A stretch of DNA of 64,000 bases from an uncultured Gammaproteobacteria bacterium. Its GTDB lineage: Bacteria > Patescibacteriota > Patescibacteriia > SBBC01 > CAIJZX01. This document shows, piece by piece, positions 30,701 to 38,797 of this stretch. The notes under the pieces are model-generated. The model ran no database searches, was not told the DNA's origin, and saw only the letters and a list, made by a program, of their open reading frames with translations. How positions within the stretch are numbered: the stretch's first letter is position 1; each line of letters opens with the position of its first letter. The translations under genes and the position numbers were made by a program. The DNA is taken from NCBI GenBank assembly GCA_964383765.1, contig CAYLHT010000002.1, positions 62,774 to 126,773 of the forward strand. Direction: 5' to 3'.

Positions 30701-30837
30701 CAACCTACAGTCTGTATGGTCACATGGAATACACCGGCGCGGGCGGCTTTGCCAACACCAACTCCAGCGATGACCCCTGTAGCAGTCAAGCTGGGTCAAA
30801 CTGCGGTTGTTTCAATTACAAATTGACGGGATCCTAA
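24727..30837 (+). CDS. Large surface protein: N-terminal TrbC/VirB2-like pilin, Ig-like (SbsA/Big_5) and IPT/TIG repeats, CBM-like domain, C-terminal pseudopilin-like domain
   Basis: LIYGGYLWLTAAGNEQRVEKAKQVI (CPR pilin motif), repeated P-N-AxISxxF Ig modules, NPSFENG, DTKRGQDLASVKVALDNYK...GGYP. Confidence 0.85.
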   Translation: MLALRKTTISRLFIVGVITAAVIVVGGWFVVPRVTSALSIEPVGNTLGLASTDLVDIAINVVKWALGFVSLVAVSYLIYGGYLWLTAAGNEQRVEKAKQVILQAVIGIVIIILAWAIVLFAARTASNVTSGSNTNSGGGPPCPLCTGGTFNLTAVTSCSAAPNYADNVPRSSAISMTFNTDVDSQSVKKAVEASGAANNPKLQIEFCGTDPNCGTPSTPKPLNQQIYSGATTTGAQGSPKQEWVASGNTVTFYHLSFSTDPASSDNQYFEAGKYYRLTIPRHTSNTALLDMQSRVLENCGDDPLSGIVGDHCDTSNPDLIRWTFQTGSDTDGPALQVTSTQPSSTYLVASSNTKPDRNIPRNAALNVSFSTAIDPASVSTANFRVYKFTTPPDPNTGNGGVTDTNPLDPATFDIRVSPDGRGAWLQLKTTLFESFTWYKVVVEKIRNLCGTAMANPYTWVFETSDAAPGVAQVYPSDQFSHACPSTKVFIQYTTSMWKVGSGSFNCSPSAAGSYVTNGAMSPTPAGRGFTVVDQFNQADPYNTCKMYSFTPESANLTPGTTYHVGVDSSLVYDANGTKLNYGDTPPASTPSKGPWSFTVDPADKCYQPPVITAVQPNQGQAGQCVSVIGDYFLKPNTTSPGTNDKLTLGSQNQAVQSGAWNRQSIVSKVDATNLAAGQSHPYQVTVDYGGQIGLLKSNAMNFLLNSGTNTNGVCLYSLNPNQGQTGSGLVASGEGFGSYVVNQSKILASPSTTGAWPISSSNDWTATQINNISAATNVPVGQSQITAQISVQRSDGATSNALPFTVQAPTTGTPTVEENASCDIAQNITPSPNPRRGDTEVCKNALVSARFTMPMDLATLTAANITLRSCTSSTSCTNPVTAPVNQLGNNGFTMTPNGGFGRNTLYEVTISTGVKSDISVGNKPMASPYTWQFKTADTNDNCPVAGVTITPAGPLVERTTPYGINGNGEPLTALTVDQSCRVLNPGTGTFTWSITSSPHVADLQPTNTSSSNVATDPQPGPPDVGSAQIKVAVATKTSAPVTITYDPTSCQTSADCAKNRYGETCGGSQCVNNHCTPVVNGVDPTSGSIGTWTTVKGCWFSGYDPNKSKVTFLGGSGTADDRDGVVPSTTICGPAGSTWENERIITEVPKVDIGPNDPSNDAATGPVQVTRDDGKTAASTGSFTVNTTVHPGLCRIVPDNALPNASITINGIRFGPDEPAKRTAQDQANLTKIGTSTPVLMTTYTAWSDTGTKASIDTAVPATAGLGDNEARVKNDGQDSNPWPFHVNDPNATGPGSCPAGQQCFTDNAANCTALGLGCGLTDQCCHAIPTIVSFQPPQNSTNVCRNIAPQVTLSQPLDPSTVNTNTIRYYNGNAQALPSVGLDNQSNQSTITVSPGVLSPGAAQELDLTTANSAAVTVDNPSFENGTNGVPDQWGSTLVKQSTDVPPGHSGVSALGDCSACTGGQAFAAQNIPGTSAPNITYHLTGWVKAEVSLASSAGLITRCSATGNGCGYDLGSSAPGLFDSRGSNGWVKIDVIISKTQANTDLISIDCFANAGSKIWCDDISLTRETGGGTLLRSDHGVLADVSGSPLKFTAGTNICTIDHVGVTQSSYLLTAVNQLANPIPRAYAYSQNGWILQNLSTYSWDWSWLSGNSTIATATMTTLPNSSTSQANVTAKANGQTTAQAKAKVTFNSANQNDKSERTGQSDITVSFCNNPWIFKDDVNGTSCTSGTCNVYNYQMFYCRDQSGSALLPDFSYKVIEGVNAADPTRLKSYFFKESQTSRDTIGVLIFKNDALLSPSDWFAQRFPLETGAASATVNGYPAVKTGTTTYVGVTNNTGTKLQGLMFVFDYNSNNASDTTKNIYGQIIDHLLFNRNDNSANRQAIINDTKRGQDLASVKVALDNYKTLHGGYPKLDSGTYLPGYSTSAWPSWQSTLGQTLNKSLSTDPSNDFAQSCPTDYAASTCWSEANHAFQCPDDSHVYLYHSDGSTYSLYGHMEYTGAGGFANTNSSDDPCSSQAGSNCGCFNYKLTGS

Positions 30838-31347
30838 ATGCCGGACGAATCCACCCCTGCTTCGGGCTATCCACAGCTGCCGGATGACGCGCCAACGTCT
30901 TGGTTGGCGCGGAATCGCCGATTCGCTATACTGAGTGGAGTAGTGGTGCTCTTGGGATTAGGCATCCTGATCCTGCCTCGACTGCGTAGGCATCAAGCCA
31001 ACGTCGCCAATCTCAACATCACGCCGACCGCCAACGCACCCATCGTCAACCGTCAAACCGCCCCGACCTTTGAACGGTTTACGGTGACCGCCTTACCCGA
31101 CCAAGATCGTGACGGTCTGACCGACGCTGAAGAAGAACGGCTGGGCACGAGTCCAACCAAATCGGACAGTGACGCTGATGGTTTGTCCGATTATGATGAG
31201 GTCAAAATCTACCACACCGATCCGCTCAAGTCTGATAGTGATAGCGACGGTGTCGCGGATGGAACGGAAGTTCGGCAAGGGACGAACCCCGCCGGTCCCG
31301 GCCCGCTCTACAATCTGAACCAAGCTATCAAACCAACCACTCATTAA
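30838..31347 (+). CDS. Membrane-anchored protein with TSP3-like Ca-binding repeats
   Basis: One TM helix; DQDRDGLTDAEE, DSDADGLSDYDE, DSDSDGVADGTE. Confidence 0.85.
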   Translation: MPDESTPASGYPQLPDDAPTSWLARNRRFAILSGVVVLLGLGILILPRLRRHQANVANLNITPTANAPIVNRQTAPTFERFTVTALPDQDRDGLTDAEEERLGTSPTKSDSDADGLSDYDEVKIYHTDPLKSDSDSDGVADGTEVRQGTNPAGPGPLYNLNQAIKPTTH

Positions 31348-31358
31348 ACCACCCGCCT

Positions 31359-32426
31359 ATGTTTGAAGATCAAACCCAACCCCAAGGTACGCCGCTCAAC
31401 CCGATCATGCCCGCTCCCGGCATGAGCCCCACTCCCACGCCACCGATGGCTCCGCCGGCTCCAACGCAAGCCGCGCCGATTCATACGATGCCGGAACGCT
31501 TCCGGGCCGCAGGCGGCGGCGGACAACCCAGCGGCGGGAAAGGTTCAACCAAGAAATTGGTGATTATTTTGGTAGTCGTATTGGTGGTCGGCGGTCTCGG
31601 ATTCGCCGGTTTGTATGTGTTCCGCAATGTCTTGAACAAGTCGAACGCGAACACGAATACGGTTGTCATCAATCGCACCAACCAAAATACGAACAATCTT
31701 AACTTGAGTAATTCCTCTAGCAACCTCAACCTCTCGAATGAGAATACCAATGGGAACGCGAATGCCAACGCGAACGGGAATCTGAATAGTAACACCGAAC
31801 CGAGCAATACGAACTCGACCGTCACTCCCGCCAGCCCGTTACCGTCCTCGTTGGACACTGATGCGGACGGATTGACCGACGTTGAGGAAGCGGTGTATGG
31901 CACGGATCCAGCCAAGGCCGATACAGATGGAGACACGTTTATTGATGGTGAGCAGAAGCGTTCAGACGGTTCAATCGTTGGAGAACTTTACCTTGGATAC
32001 AATCCTAAAGGCACCGGTCCGTTAGAGGGCTCAGGTCTGGTCAAGCGGGTTGAGAATGCCACCAAAACCTACAGCCTGCTCATGCCGAGTAGTTGGACCG
32101 GCACCGCCGATCAGTCCGGAGGCATCCTCATCAATCCGACTCAGCAAACTGGAGAATTCTTTCAGACCAACATCAGCGACAACCCAAACAAGCTCAGCCC
32201 GAAAGATTGGTACAAGACGAATAACCCAACGGCCAACGTCGATCAACTCATGACCATCGCGGTGAATGGCTTGGATGGAGTCTACAGTGAAGACCTGAGC
32301 ACCGTGTACCTGTTGAAAGACACCAAGGTCTACAGCATTCATTATGACCCAGGTTCGCTGACGCAGGTCAACTACCGGACGACGTTCGATATGATGGTCC
32401 GGAGCTTCCGACTTGTCGCGAGCTAA
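31359..32426 (+). CDS. Membrane-anchored protein with Pro-rich N-terminus, Asn-rich linker, TSP3-like repeats and PsbP-like C-domain
   Basis: IHTMPERF, TM helix, NTN-rich linker, DTDADGLTDVEE and DTDGDTFIDG, YSLLMPSSW...FDMMVRSFR. Confidence 0.82.
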   Translation: MFEDQTQPQGTPLNPIMPAPGMSPTPTPPMAPPAPTQAAPIHTMPERFRAAGGGGQPSGGKGSTKKLVIILVVVLVVGGLGFAGLYVFRNVLNKSNANTNTVVINRTNQNTNNLNLSNSSSNLNLSNENTNGNANANANGNLNSNTEPSNTNSTVTPASPLPSSLDTDADGLTDVEEAVYGTDPAKADTDGDTFIDGEQKRSDGSIVGELYLGYNPKGTGPLEGSGLVKRVENATKTYSLLMPSSWTGTADQSGGILINPTQQTGEFFQTNISDNPNKLSPKDWYKTNNPTANVDQLMTIAVNGLDGVYSEDLSTVYLLKDTKVYSIHYDPGSLTQVNYRTTFDMMVRSFRLVAS

Positions 32427-32856
32427 GACTTTCCGACCCGAGACCGTTGCCGTTCGACAACTCAGTCCGAGCGGTGTGAGTGACCGTACCATTGTGACGT
32501 GGGTCCGTTCAGCTCGCGAACGTTTACCGGCGCGGTCGGGAACGATTTCCGTGGTCATGGTCGGACCGAAGCAGAGCCGCCATTTGAATCGACACTATCG
32601 TCGACACGACCGAGCCACGAACGTACTCTCCTTCAGCTTAGGAGATCGCCTGGCCAAATTAGGAAATGAAGTCGCTTGGGGTGAGTTGATTCTGTGTCCG
32701 GCGGTTATTCGACGAGAAGTCCGACAGTTCGGCGGAACGTATCGTGCGTACCTGCGATTTCTCATTCACCATGGCATGATTCACCTCCTAGGACTCGACC
32801 ATCAGACACCGGTCCAACAGCGTCGGTGGAATGTCTTCGAACGACGTTTAGCATGA
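32413..32856 (+). CDS. ybeY: rRNA maturation RNase YbeY (start uncertain)
   Basis: LNRHYRRHDRATNVLSF, GELILC, HGMIHLLGLDH. Confidence 0.9.
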   Translation: MSRAKTFRPETVAVRQLSPSGVSDRTIVTWVRSARERLPARSGTISVVMVGPKQSRHLNRHYRRHDRATNVLSFSLGDRLAKLGNEVAWGELILCPAVIRREVRQFGGTYRAYLRFLIHHGMIHLLGLDHQTPVQQRRWNVFERRLA

Positions 32857-33212
32857 CGCCGATCAGCTGGTCCAGGTTTTGGAAAAGCTTCGGCTACGCC
32901 CGCCAAGGCTTGCGACGTGCCTTAGCCAGTGAAAATAGTTTTCGCATTCACGTGCTGGTAGCCGGGCTGGTCATCATTGGGATGTTTGTCTTCCGGGTGC
33001 CGCGAATTGAAGCGGCGATTCTGATTCTGGTGATTAGTACGATTCTCAACTTGGAGTTGGTGAATACCATTGTTGAGCGTTTCGTCGGTTTATTGGAGCC
33101 ACGGGTGCATACCTACGTTGGCATCATCAAGGACCTGATGGCGGCGGCGGTGCTCATCACGACGATCGCGGCGGTCATCATCGGGCTGCTGATTTTTTAC
33201 CCAACGCATTGA
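32853..33212 (+). CDS. dgkA: Diacylglycerol/undecaprenol kinase family protein
   Basis: SFGYARQGL, ENSFRIH, LELVNTIVE, IKDLMAAAV; ATGA overlap with ybeY. Confidence 0.92.
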   Translation: MTPISWSRFWKSFGYARQGLRRALASENSFRIHVLVAGLVIIGMFVFRVPRIEAAILILVISTILNLELVNTIVERFVGLLEPRVHTYVGIIKDLMAAAVLITTIAAVIIGLLIFYPTH

Positions 33213-33219
33213 CGAGGCC

Positions 33220-33253
33220 GAACACCAAAAGTGTTCAGTTTGATTTATCCACA
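33220..33253 (+). promoter_or_regulatory. Palindrome GAACAC-N5-GTGTTC plus consensus DnaA box upstream of ftsA
   Basis: GAACACcaaaaGTGTTC (33220-33236); TTATCCACA (33245-33253); TATACT at 33280-33285. Confidence 0.55.
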
Positions 33254-33319
33254 ACCTCGTCAATTTCCACCCAATATTGTATACTAAAGCCACTATGCGA
33301 CAGTGGTTAGACCTTCACT

Positions 33320-34564
33320 ATGGCTCGGTCTGAACTCTATACCGGTCTTGACGTTGGTTCATCGGCCATCCGAGTGGTGGTCGCTCAACGCGAGCCCCAG
33401 CAGGAAGGTTTGCATATCCTCGGTGCAGCCGAAGGGCCGGCCGAAGGGATGAGCAAGGGGACGATCACGAGTATTGATGATGCGGTCAGCGCGTTGTCGT
33501 CAACGCTGGAGAAGGTTGAACGAATGACTGGCGTACCGGTCGAACATGCGACCGTGGCCATCAACGGTCCCCAAGTCGCCTCTCAGGAGAGTCATGGTAT
33601 TGTCGCGGTCGCAAAAGCGGACGGTGAAATTCGGCAAAACGATGTTGACCGAGTACTGGAAGCGGCTCAGGCGGTCGCGACGCCGCCCAATTACGAAATT
33701 CTGCACGTCGTGCCGCGCTCGTTCACGGTTGATAACCAACATGGCGTCAAAGATCCGGTGGGCATGTCAGGGATGCGACTCGAAGTTGATGCCCAGATCA
33801 TCCAGGGCCTGAGCGCGAATATCAAGAATCTTCAAAAAGCGATCTATCGCACCGGGGTCAGTATCGATGACCTGGTCTTGGCCGTTTTAGCATCGTCGGT
33901 GGCCTGCGTCAGTAAGCGTCAGAAAGAGCTGGGCGTAGCCCTGCTCAATATTGGTGCCAGCACGACCAGCCTGATGGTCTTTGAAGAGGGCGACGTGCTG
34001 CACACCAAAATTTTCCCGGTCGGTGCCGCCCACATTACGAACGACGTAGCGATTGGTTTGCGGATCGGCATTGACCTGGCTGAGAAAGTGAAAACAGAAT
34101 TTGGTACGGCCTTGCCGGAAGAGGTTGGTAAACACGATGAGGTGAATTTGCACGACGTCGGCGGTGATGATGCAAGCGTCTCCCGTAAACATGTGGCCGA
34201 CATTATTGCCGCGCGCGTGGAAGAATTGTATGCCTTGGCCGATCGCGAACTTCAACAGATTGATCGGGCCGGTCTCTTGCCGGCTGGAATTATTCTGACC
34301 GGCGGCGGCGCGAAGCTGCCTGGTATGGTTGACGTCGCGAAGCGATCATTCCGATTACCAGCCAGCGTTGGTTTCCCCGTCGGTTATCTGAGCGCGATTG
34401 ATAAAATTAATGATCCGGCCTTTACGACCGCCCTGGGCTTAGCGAGTTGGGCGGCTAGTACCAGCGGCGATGGCGGTGTCTTCAGTCGTTTACCAGGTCG
34501 CCTGTCAGCAGTGACGGACTCCGTCGACACCATGCGTCGCTGGTTTAAAAGTTTTTTACCCTAA
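33320..34564 (+). CDS. ftsA: Cell division protein FtsA
   Basis: GLDVGSS, DPVGMSGMRLEV, NIGASTT, HITNDVA, GIILTGGGAKLPG. Confidence 0.98.
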   Translation: MARSELYTGLDVGSSAIRVVVAQREPQQEGLHILGAAEGPAEGMSKGTITSIDDAVSALSSTLEKVERMTGVPVEHATVAINGPQVASQESHGIVAVAKADGEIRQNDVDRVLEAAQAVATPPNYEILHVVPRSFTVDNQHGVKDPVGMSGMRLEVDAQIIQGLSANIKNLQKAIYRTGVSIDDLVLAVLASSVACVSKRQKELGVALLNIGASTTSLMVFEEGDVLHTKIFPVGAAHITNDVAIGLRIGIDLAEKVKTEFGTALPEEVGKHDEVNLHDVGGDDASVSRKHVADIIAARVEELYALADRELQQIDRAGLLPAGIILTGGGAKLPGMVDVAKRSFRLPASVGFPVGYLSAIDKINDPAFTTALGLASWAASTSGDGGVFSRLPGRLSAVTDSVDTMRRWFKSFLP

Positions 34565-34576
34565 GGATTTATTCGA

Positions 34577-34648
34577 CTGAACACCGAAAGTGTTCAGCTC
34601 CCGTGGCCGGGGTTGCTGGCCTGAACTGAGTTTGATAGACTATCCACA
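34577..34648 (+). promoter_or_regulatory. Second copy of the palindrome plus near-consensus DnaA box upstream of ftsZ
   Basis: CTGAACACcgaaaGTGTTCAG (34577-34597); CTATCCACA (34640-34648). Confidence 0.5.
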
Positions 34649-34668
34649 TCATGCCCTCCCGTTCGACC

Positions 34669-35823
34669 ATGGAAGTCAAACCTGAGATCGAAACCTTCGC
34701 CAAGATCAAAGTTGTCGGCGTCGGCGGTTCCGGCGGCTCGGCCATTAACCGGATGATGCAACATCGCATCCGGGGGATTGAATTTGTGGCGATTAATACC
34801 GATGCGCAGGCTCTGCACCACAATGCGGCTCCGACCAAACTCCACATCGGGAAGAGCGCCACGCGCGGATTAGGCGCCGGGATGGATCCGGAAGTCGGTC
34901 GGAAAGCCGCCGAAGAAGATCAAGAACAAATTCATGAACTGCTCAAAGGCAGCGACATGGTCTTCATCACCTGTGGCATGGGCGGCGGTACCGGTACCGG
35001 CGCCGCGCCGCTGGTGGCCGAGATCGCGCGCGACGTTGGCGCATTGACGGTGGCAGTCGTGACCAAACCATTTTCCTTCGAAGGCGCCCAGCGTCGACAG
35101 ATTGCCGATCAAGGTCACGCCGCCTTATCCGAACAGGTCGACACGATTATCACGATCCCGAACGACCGACTGCTCCAGATCATCGATAAAAAAACTTCGC
35201 TGCTTGAATCGTTCCAAGTCGTGGACGATGTCCTGCGCCAAGGGATTCAAGGTATCGCCGAACTCATCACTGTTCCAGGTTTAATCAACGTCGACTTTGC
35301 GGACGTCAAAGCCATCATGAAAGACCAAGGCACTGCGCTGATGGGCATCGGTCAATCCAAGGGTGATACCCGAGCCGTTGACGCCGCCAAAGCCGCGGTC
35401 GATTCGCCGCTGCTGGAAATGCCAATTGACGGCGCCAAGGGTATTCTGTTCACCATCACCGGCGGTCAGAACTTGAGCATGTACGAGGTCAATGAAGCCG
35501 CCCGGGTGATCACCCAATCCGCTGACCCGAATGCCAAAATCATTTTCGGCGCAGTCATCGACGAAGCCTTGAAAGATGACCTGAAGATTACCGTGATTGC
35601 TACCGGTTTCGGCAAAGGTGGCCGACCAGCCAAGAAAATCATGAGCAGCGGTCAAACCACACCGGCCGCGTTTGAACCGATGACCTTCCCGGAACGGCCG
35701 AAGGCACAGGCCGCGCCGGTCTCAACCCCGCTGCCAACCGTTCCGCGCACTCCCACCCCAGCTCCCAAAGCGCCGGAAGATGACCTGGAGATCCCAGCCT
35801 TCATCCGGAAGAAAATGCTGTAA
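34669..35823 (+). CDS. ftsZ: Cell division protein FtsZ
   Basis: IKVVGVGGSG, GGGTGTG, INVDFAD, C-terminal LEIPAFIRKK. Start at MEVKPE (34651 is the alternative). Confidence 0.98.
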   Translation: MEVKPEIETFAKIKVVGVGGSGGSAINRMMQHRIRGIEFVAINTDAQALHHNAAPTKLHIGKSATRGLGAGMDPEVGRKAAEEDQEQIHELLKGSDMVFITCGMGGGTGTGAAPLVAEIARDVGALTVAVVTKPFSFEGAQRRQIADQGHAALSEQVDTIITIPNDRLLQIIDKKTSLLESFQVVDDVLRQGIQGIAELITVPGLINVDFADVKAIMKDQGTALMGIGQSKGDTRAVDAAKAAVDSPLLEMPIDGAKGILFTITGGQNLSMYEVNEAARVITQSADPNAKIIFGAVIDEALKDDLKITVIATGFGKGGRPAKKIMSSGQTTPAAFEPMTFPERPKAQAAPVSTPLPTVPRTPTPAPKAPEDDLEIPAFIRKKML

Positions 35824-35889
35824 AATTAGAAAGATCGTCTGCTCTCGGTTTGAGAGTTGTTTTTAGCTTAACGTGATATACTTTTGATC

Positions 35890-36801
35890 ATGAAGACTGT
35901 ATCCGGAAAAGATATTTCGAAAATTGGTATCGGCAGTTACGGTGTTGGCGGGCGCGGCCATCGCGACATGGAAATCACCGAAAAGGGTGAAGATAAAGTC
36001 TACGTTAAAGCTCTAACCTATACCCTCAAACAGGGTGTCAATTTCTCTGAGATAGCTCTTGGGTACGGGCACGGTCAGTCTTTGAGATTATTCAAACGAG
36101 CTTTGGATCAGAGTGGCGTCGATCGCAGAGATATTTTTCTGACCCATTCTTTGTATCCGAGGGACCTTGCAACGGAGGACATCATTCAGAAGGATGTCGC
36201 CGATTTCTACACAGTCATGGACACCAGCTACGCTGACTCAACGCTGGTGACGGAATCACTCATACGTAAATTCGGCCAAGACCAAGTGTTCTCATTATTA
36301 CATCAACTATTAACTGAAAAGAAATCGCGATATGTCAGTCTCTCCAACGCTAGGCCGGAAGCAATTCAGGAATTTCACCGAGAGTTTGGAGAATCCTTTT
36401 GTGCCCACGAGGGCCATCTGAGTTTTGAAATCCGCGTACTGCAAGATAAGGGGATATTTGACCTATGCAACCAGCTCGGAGTCACGAATATTATTTGGCG
36501 CCCTTTACGACGCGGTAAAACATCACAACACAATTGGGACTTGCTGAGGGAGTTAGCCGAGACGTACGAACGGACGCAAAACCAAATTGTTCTGAATTGG
36601 ATGAGTCATTTAGGCTATCACCCAATGGTGATGTCGACCAACAAAAAGCACATCGATGAGAACATTGCGGCCACGGATTTCCTTATGTCGAATCAAGATT
36701 ATCAACGCCTAACCGACTTCCGGCCAAAATTTTCAAAAGACACCCTAGATGAGAATGACATTGTTACTCTGGCAAATGATTTTGAGAAATATGAGTCATA
36801 G
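35890..36801 (+). CDS. Aldo/keto reductase family protein
   Basis: ISKIGIGSY, SEIALGYG, WRPLRRG, QIVLNW, HIDENIAA. TGaTATACT 7 nt before the ATG suggests a leaderless mRNA. Confidence 0.85.
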   Translation: MKTVSGKDISKIGIGSYGVGGRGHRDMEITEKGEDKVYVKALTYTLKQGVNFSEIALGYGHGQSLRLFKRALDQSGVDRRDIFLTHSLYPRDLATEDIIQKDVADFYTVMDTSYADSTLVTESLIRKFGQDQVFSLLHQLLTEKKSRYVSLSNARPEAIQEFHREFGESFCAHEGHLSFEIRVLQDKGIFDLCNQLGVTNIIWRPLRRGKTSQHNWDLLRELAETYERTQNQIVLNWMSHLGYHPMVMSTNKKHIDENIAATDFLMSNQDYQRLTDFRPKFSKDTLDENDIVTLANDFEKYES

Positions 36802-36810
36802 TTTAACAAC

Positions 36811-38400
36811 GTGATTTTATCTCGATTTTTCGTTCCCGATCTTCGGTCTGAGACGCTAACGCAGCCGACGTGGCGTCAACATCGCTGGCCCCAAATAGTC
36901 GTTTTCACATTGGCGACGATTTTTGCTCTCTGGTTTTCGTGGTTCACCATTCAGCGGGCCCAGAATTTCAACGCCGGGTGGTATGACTTGGGCATTATGG
37001 CCCAGACGGTCTGGCGGACTAGCCATGGGTTTGGATTTACGTTTACCAACCCAGAACTTGGTCCAGGTGGGGCGCATGGCTGGACAGCGCCGCGGACGAG
37101 TATTCATACCGACTATTTTCTGATTCTCCTTGCGCCGTTGAGTTGGTTTGGCAACACGGTCGCCGGACTACTGATCATCCAAGCTGCCGTGGTTGCACTC
37201 GGCGCCTGGTTTGCTTGGCGGATTGCGACTCGGTTGATTGGGCGGCCGTGGTTAGCTGTGATTGTAGCCGGGCTATTCTTGTCAGCGCCCCCGCTCGAGT
37301 TCGCGGCCATGTTTGAGTTTCATAGTGTCACGCTGGCGATCACGTTCATCTTGGCGGCCGTTGATGCACTATTGGCTCGCCGTAATCGCGCGTTTTGGAT
37401 GTGGGCAGGGTTAGCGTTGATCACGAAAGAAAACACAGGCATCACGCTAGGACTGATTAGCTGGTTGGTGTTGTGGTGGCAAAGTCGCCGAAAACTTGCT
37501 TGGTGGGCACTGGGCGTGTGTTGGGCGTGGGTGATCATCCAGATCGGCGCCGTGATTCCGCTCTCTCGGCAACATGTGTCCGCGAGCTTCACGAACAAAT
37601 TCTACGGCGGGGGAGAAGGGCAATCTGGTCTTGCCTTCTTGAAACGTCTCTTCAACCCCAGCCTGGCTTGGCACAAACTCGCCACAGCAGTTCACCTGAA
37701 CTCTGGTTTTCAATTACTCTTACCCGGCGGGCTTCTGTTAGCGCTGCTTAGCCCAATGATACTGCTAGCAATTCCAGAACTGCTGCTCTATTGGCTGTCG
37801 GACAGCCCGAACCAGCAAACGGTGGTATTGCATTATCACGCCCTGGTTATTCCAGTGGTGTTCTTGGCATCAATGTTTGCTTGGCGATGTTTCCGGACAG
37901 TGGGATTTGGGCGCGGGAGGGGAAAAAACTTGGTTGATGGAGTCTGGATTGGCGCACTGGTTCTGTCGACAAGCTGGGCTGCAGTCCGATTGGGGCCGTT
38001 ACCCGGCGCTGGACAGACGCGGTGGCCGTTGGTGGCTTGGAAAGAGCATTTGGCACCGAACGTTACTGAGGCGCTGAACATCATTCCAGCTCGCGCCAGT
38101 GTAGCCACGACCCAAAACCTCGGTCCAGCCCTGGCTGAACGGCCGACGGTGTATTTGTTGCCCAGTGGCGTCAAGCAAGCGGACTACATTGTCGTTTTAG
38201 AGCGCCAATTTCCAGCTGACCTGAAGACGAGCGACAAACGGTTGGCGGAAAAAATCATGCTGGAGCGGCTGCAGGACTGGCTAGCCAGTTCCAGCGCTTA
38301 TACCAAACGATATCAGGTCGACCGCGTCTGGGTTTGGCAGAGAATAGGGGATGAGCCTCGACCACTGCCAGCTTGGCCCGATCATTTGCTCGGTCAGTAG
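36811..38400 (+). CDS. DUF2079-like multi-pass membrane protein (putative GT-C glycosyltransferase)
   Basis: YDLGIMAQTVW, FEFHS, LITKE, HYHA motifs; many TM helices. Confidence 0.8.
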   Translation: MILSRFFVPDLRSETLTQPTWRQHRWPQIVVFTLATIFALWFSWFTIQRAQNFNAGWYDLGIMAQTVWRTSHGFGFTFTNPELGPGGAHGWTAPRTSIHTDYFLILLAPLSWFGNTVAGLLIIQAAVVALGAWFAWRIATRLIGRPWLAVIVAGLFLSAPPLEFAAMFEFHSVTLAITFILAAVDALLARRNRAFWMWAGLALITKENTGITLGLISWLVLWWQSRRKLAWWALGVCWAWVIIQIGAVIPLSRQHVSASFTNKFYGGGEGQSGLAFLKRLFNPSLAWHKLATAVHLNSGFQLLLPGGLLLALLSPMILLAIPELLLYWLSDSPNQQTVVLHYHALVIPVVFLASMFAWRCFRTVGFGRGRGKNLVDGVWIGALVLSTSWAAVRLGPLPGAGQTRWPLVAWKEHLAPNVTEALNIIPARASVATTQNLGPALAERPTVYLLPSGVKQADYIVVLERQFPADLKTSDKRLAEKIMLERLQDWLASSSAYTKRYQVDRVWVWQRIGDEPRPLPAWPDHLLGQ

Positions 38401-38497
38401 GGTTGTCCACAGTTTTTGAGAAGTGAGTGTCGGAAAAGATTGTCGAATGAACGCCGTTGAGGCGCATTTGCGATCAAAATGGCCGTTTTGGCTCATC

Positions 38498-38553
38498 TTG
38501 ACCACCACAAGATCTAGTAGTATACTGCTTGTGAGATCCACTACATCTAGTAG
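38498..38553 (+). promoter_or_regulatory. Sigma70 promoter overlapped by tandem NrdR boxes
   Basis: TTGACC (38498-38503), 17 bp, TATACT (38521-38526). Boxes CCACAAGATCTAGTAG (38505-38520) and CCACTACATCTAGTAG (38538-38553) resemble the NrdR consensus and lie upstream of nrdR-nrdJ. Confidence 0.88.
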
Positions 38554-38797
38554 TTGAACCACCCGCGCCAGTCTAGAACATCACAGGCTGGCCGGCGAAG
38601 ACCAAAAGGCGAGAACATTCAACAATTCAACGGCCTTCAACCGTCGTCCCGTCAGGGCCGGCGGGTCCTGTCGAGGCGAGGGAGGCTTGTTTTACTGAGA
38701 TTTTGTGATGGATTGATGATGGGCCTATGCCCTCAGCTACGTCTAACTCTCCACCCATTCAAGCTATGCTATACTGTTCAGCCCGCGAGCGCCGATC

